Shown here: in pieces, positions 6,021 through 6,144 of the stretch
How the letters are laid out: every line of letters starts with the position of its first letter
Numbering within the stretch: position 1 is the stretch's first letter
From: Candidatus Wukongarchaeum yapensis
GTDB lineage: Archaea > Asgardarchaeota > Wukongarchaeia > Wukongarchaeales > Wukongarchaeaceae
NCBI GenBank assembly: GCA_016840425.1
Contig: JAEOSI010000140.1
Span: 1 to 6,144 of the forward strand
Reading direction: 5' to 3'
Length of the DNA stretch: 6,144 nucleotides
The notes under the pieces: generated by a model
The model's database searches: none
What the model was told of the DNA's origin: nothing
The model's input: only the letters and a program-made list of their open reading frames with translations
Made by a program: the position numbers and the translations under genes

Positions 6021-6143
6021 GTTTTTTCTACGGTCTAATTCTTTTCTAATCATAAACTTTTGCTGGTTATAATGTTTTATCTGGCGTATATAGTCCGGTC
6101 CGTTTATTTCGCCCCTTTCAAATCTTTCATGGAGGGTGTTTAA
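5997..6143 (-). CDS. C-terminal 48 aa of a convergent gene (partial); steadiness-box (Vps23/Vps37 core)-like
   Basis: Manual translation: LNTLHERFERGEINGPDYIRQIKHYNQQKFMIRKELDRRKNRFGSPIM*. Aligns without gaps to the TSG101 steadiness box as I recall it (LGEALRRGVIDLDVFLKHVRLLSRKQFQLR). A generic SHOCT-like motif is an alternative. The stop codon lies inside the IS right end. Confidence 0.55.
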   Translation of the reverse strand, partial: LNTLHERFERGEINGPDYIRQIKHYNQQKFMIRKELDRRKNRFGSPIM

Positions 6144-6144
6144 A

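Noticed and set aside
1-6144. CRISPR array, tRNA or rRNA genes
   Set aside because: No regularly spaced direct repeats or cloverleaf/rRNA-like segments seen; the hairpins found belong to the IS ends and reRNA.

Overview
Archaeal, probably Asgard-like (inferred from the presence of both eukaryote-type ESCRT-III classes), ESCRT neighbourhood. Left to right: the 5' end of a divergently transcribed MIT-domain gene (Vps4-like N-terminus, cut by the window edge, not in the ORF track); a Vps2/24/46-type ESCRT-III gene; a 907-aa HerA/FtsK-superfamily ATPase with an unusual N-terminal helical-repeat (alpha/alpha-toroid-like) region and an extra C-terminal domain; a Snf7/Vps20/32/60-type ESCRT-III gene; an ~870-bp non-autonomous IS200/IS605 (IS1341-like) element with an internally deleted tnpB but intact-looking ends; and the 3' end of a convergent gene (not in the ORF track) whose C-terminus resembles the ESCRT-I steadiness box. 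The main point of interest is a multi-domain HerA-like ATPase sitting between the two ESCRT-III paralogues, which could couple DNA translocation to membrane remodelling. That functional link is inference only.
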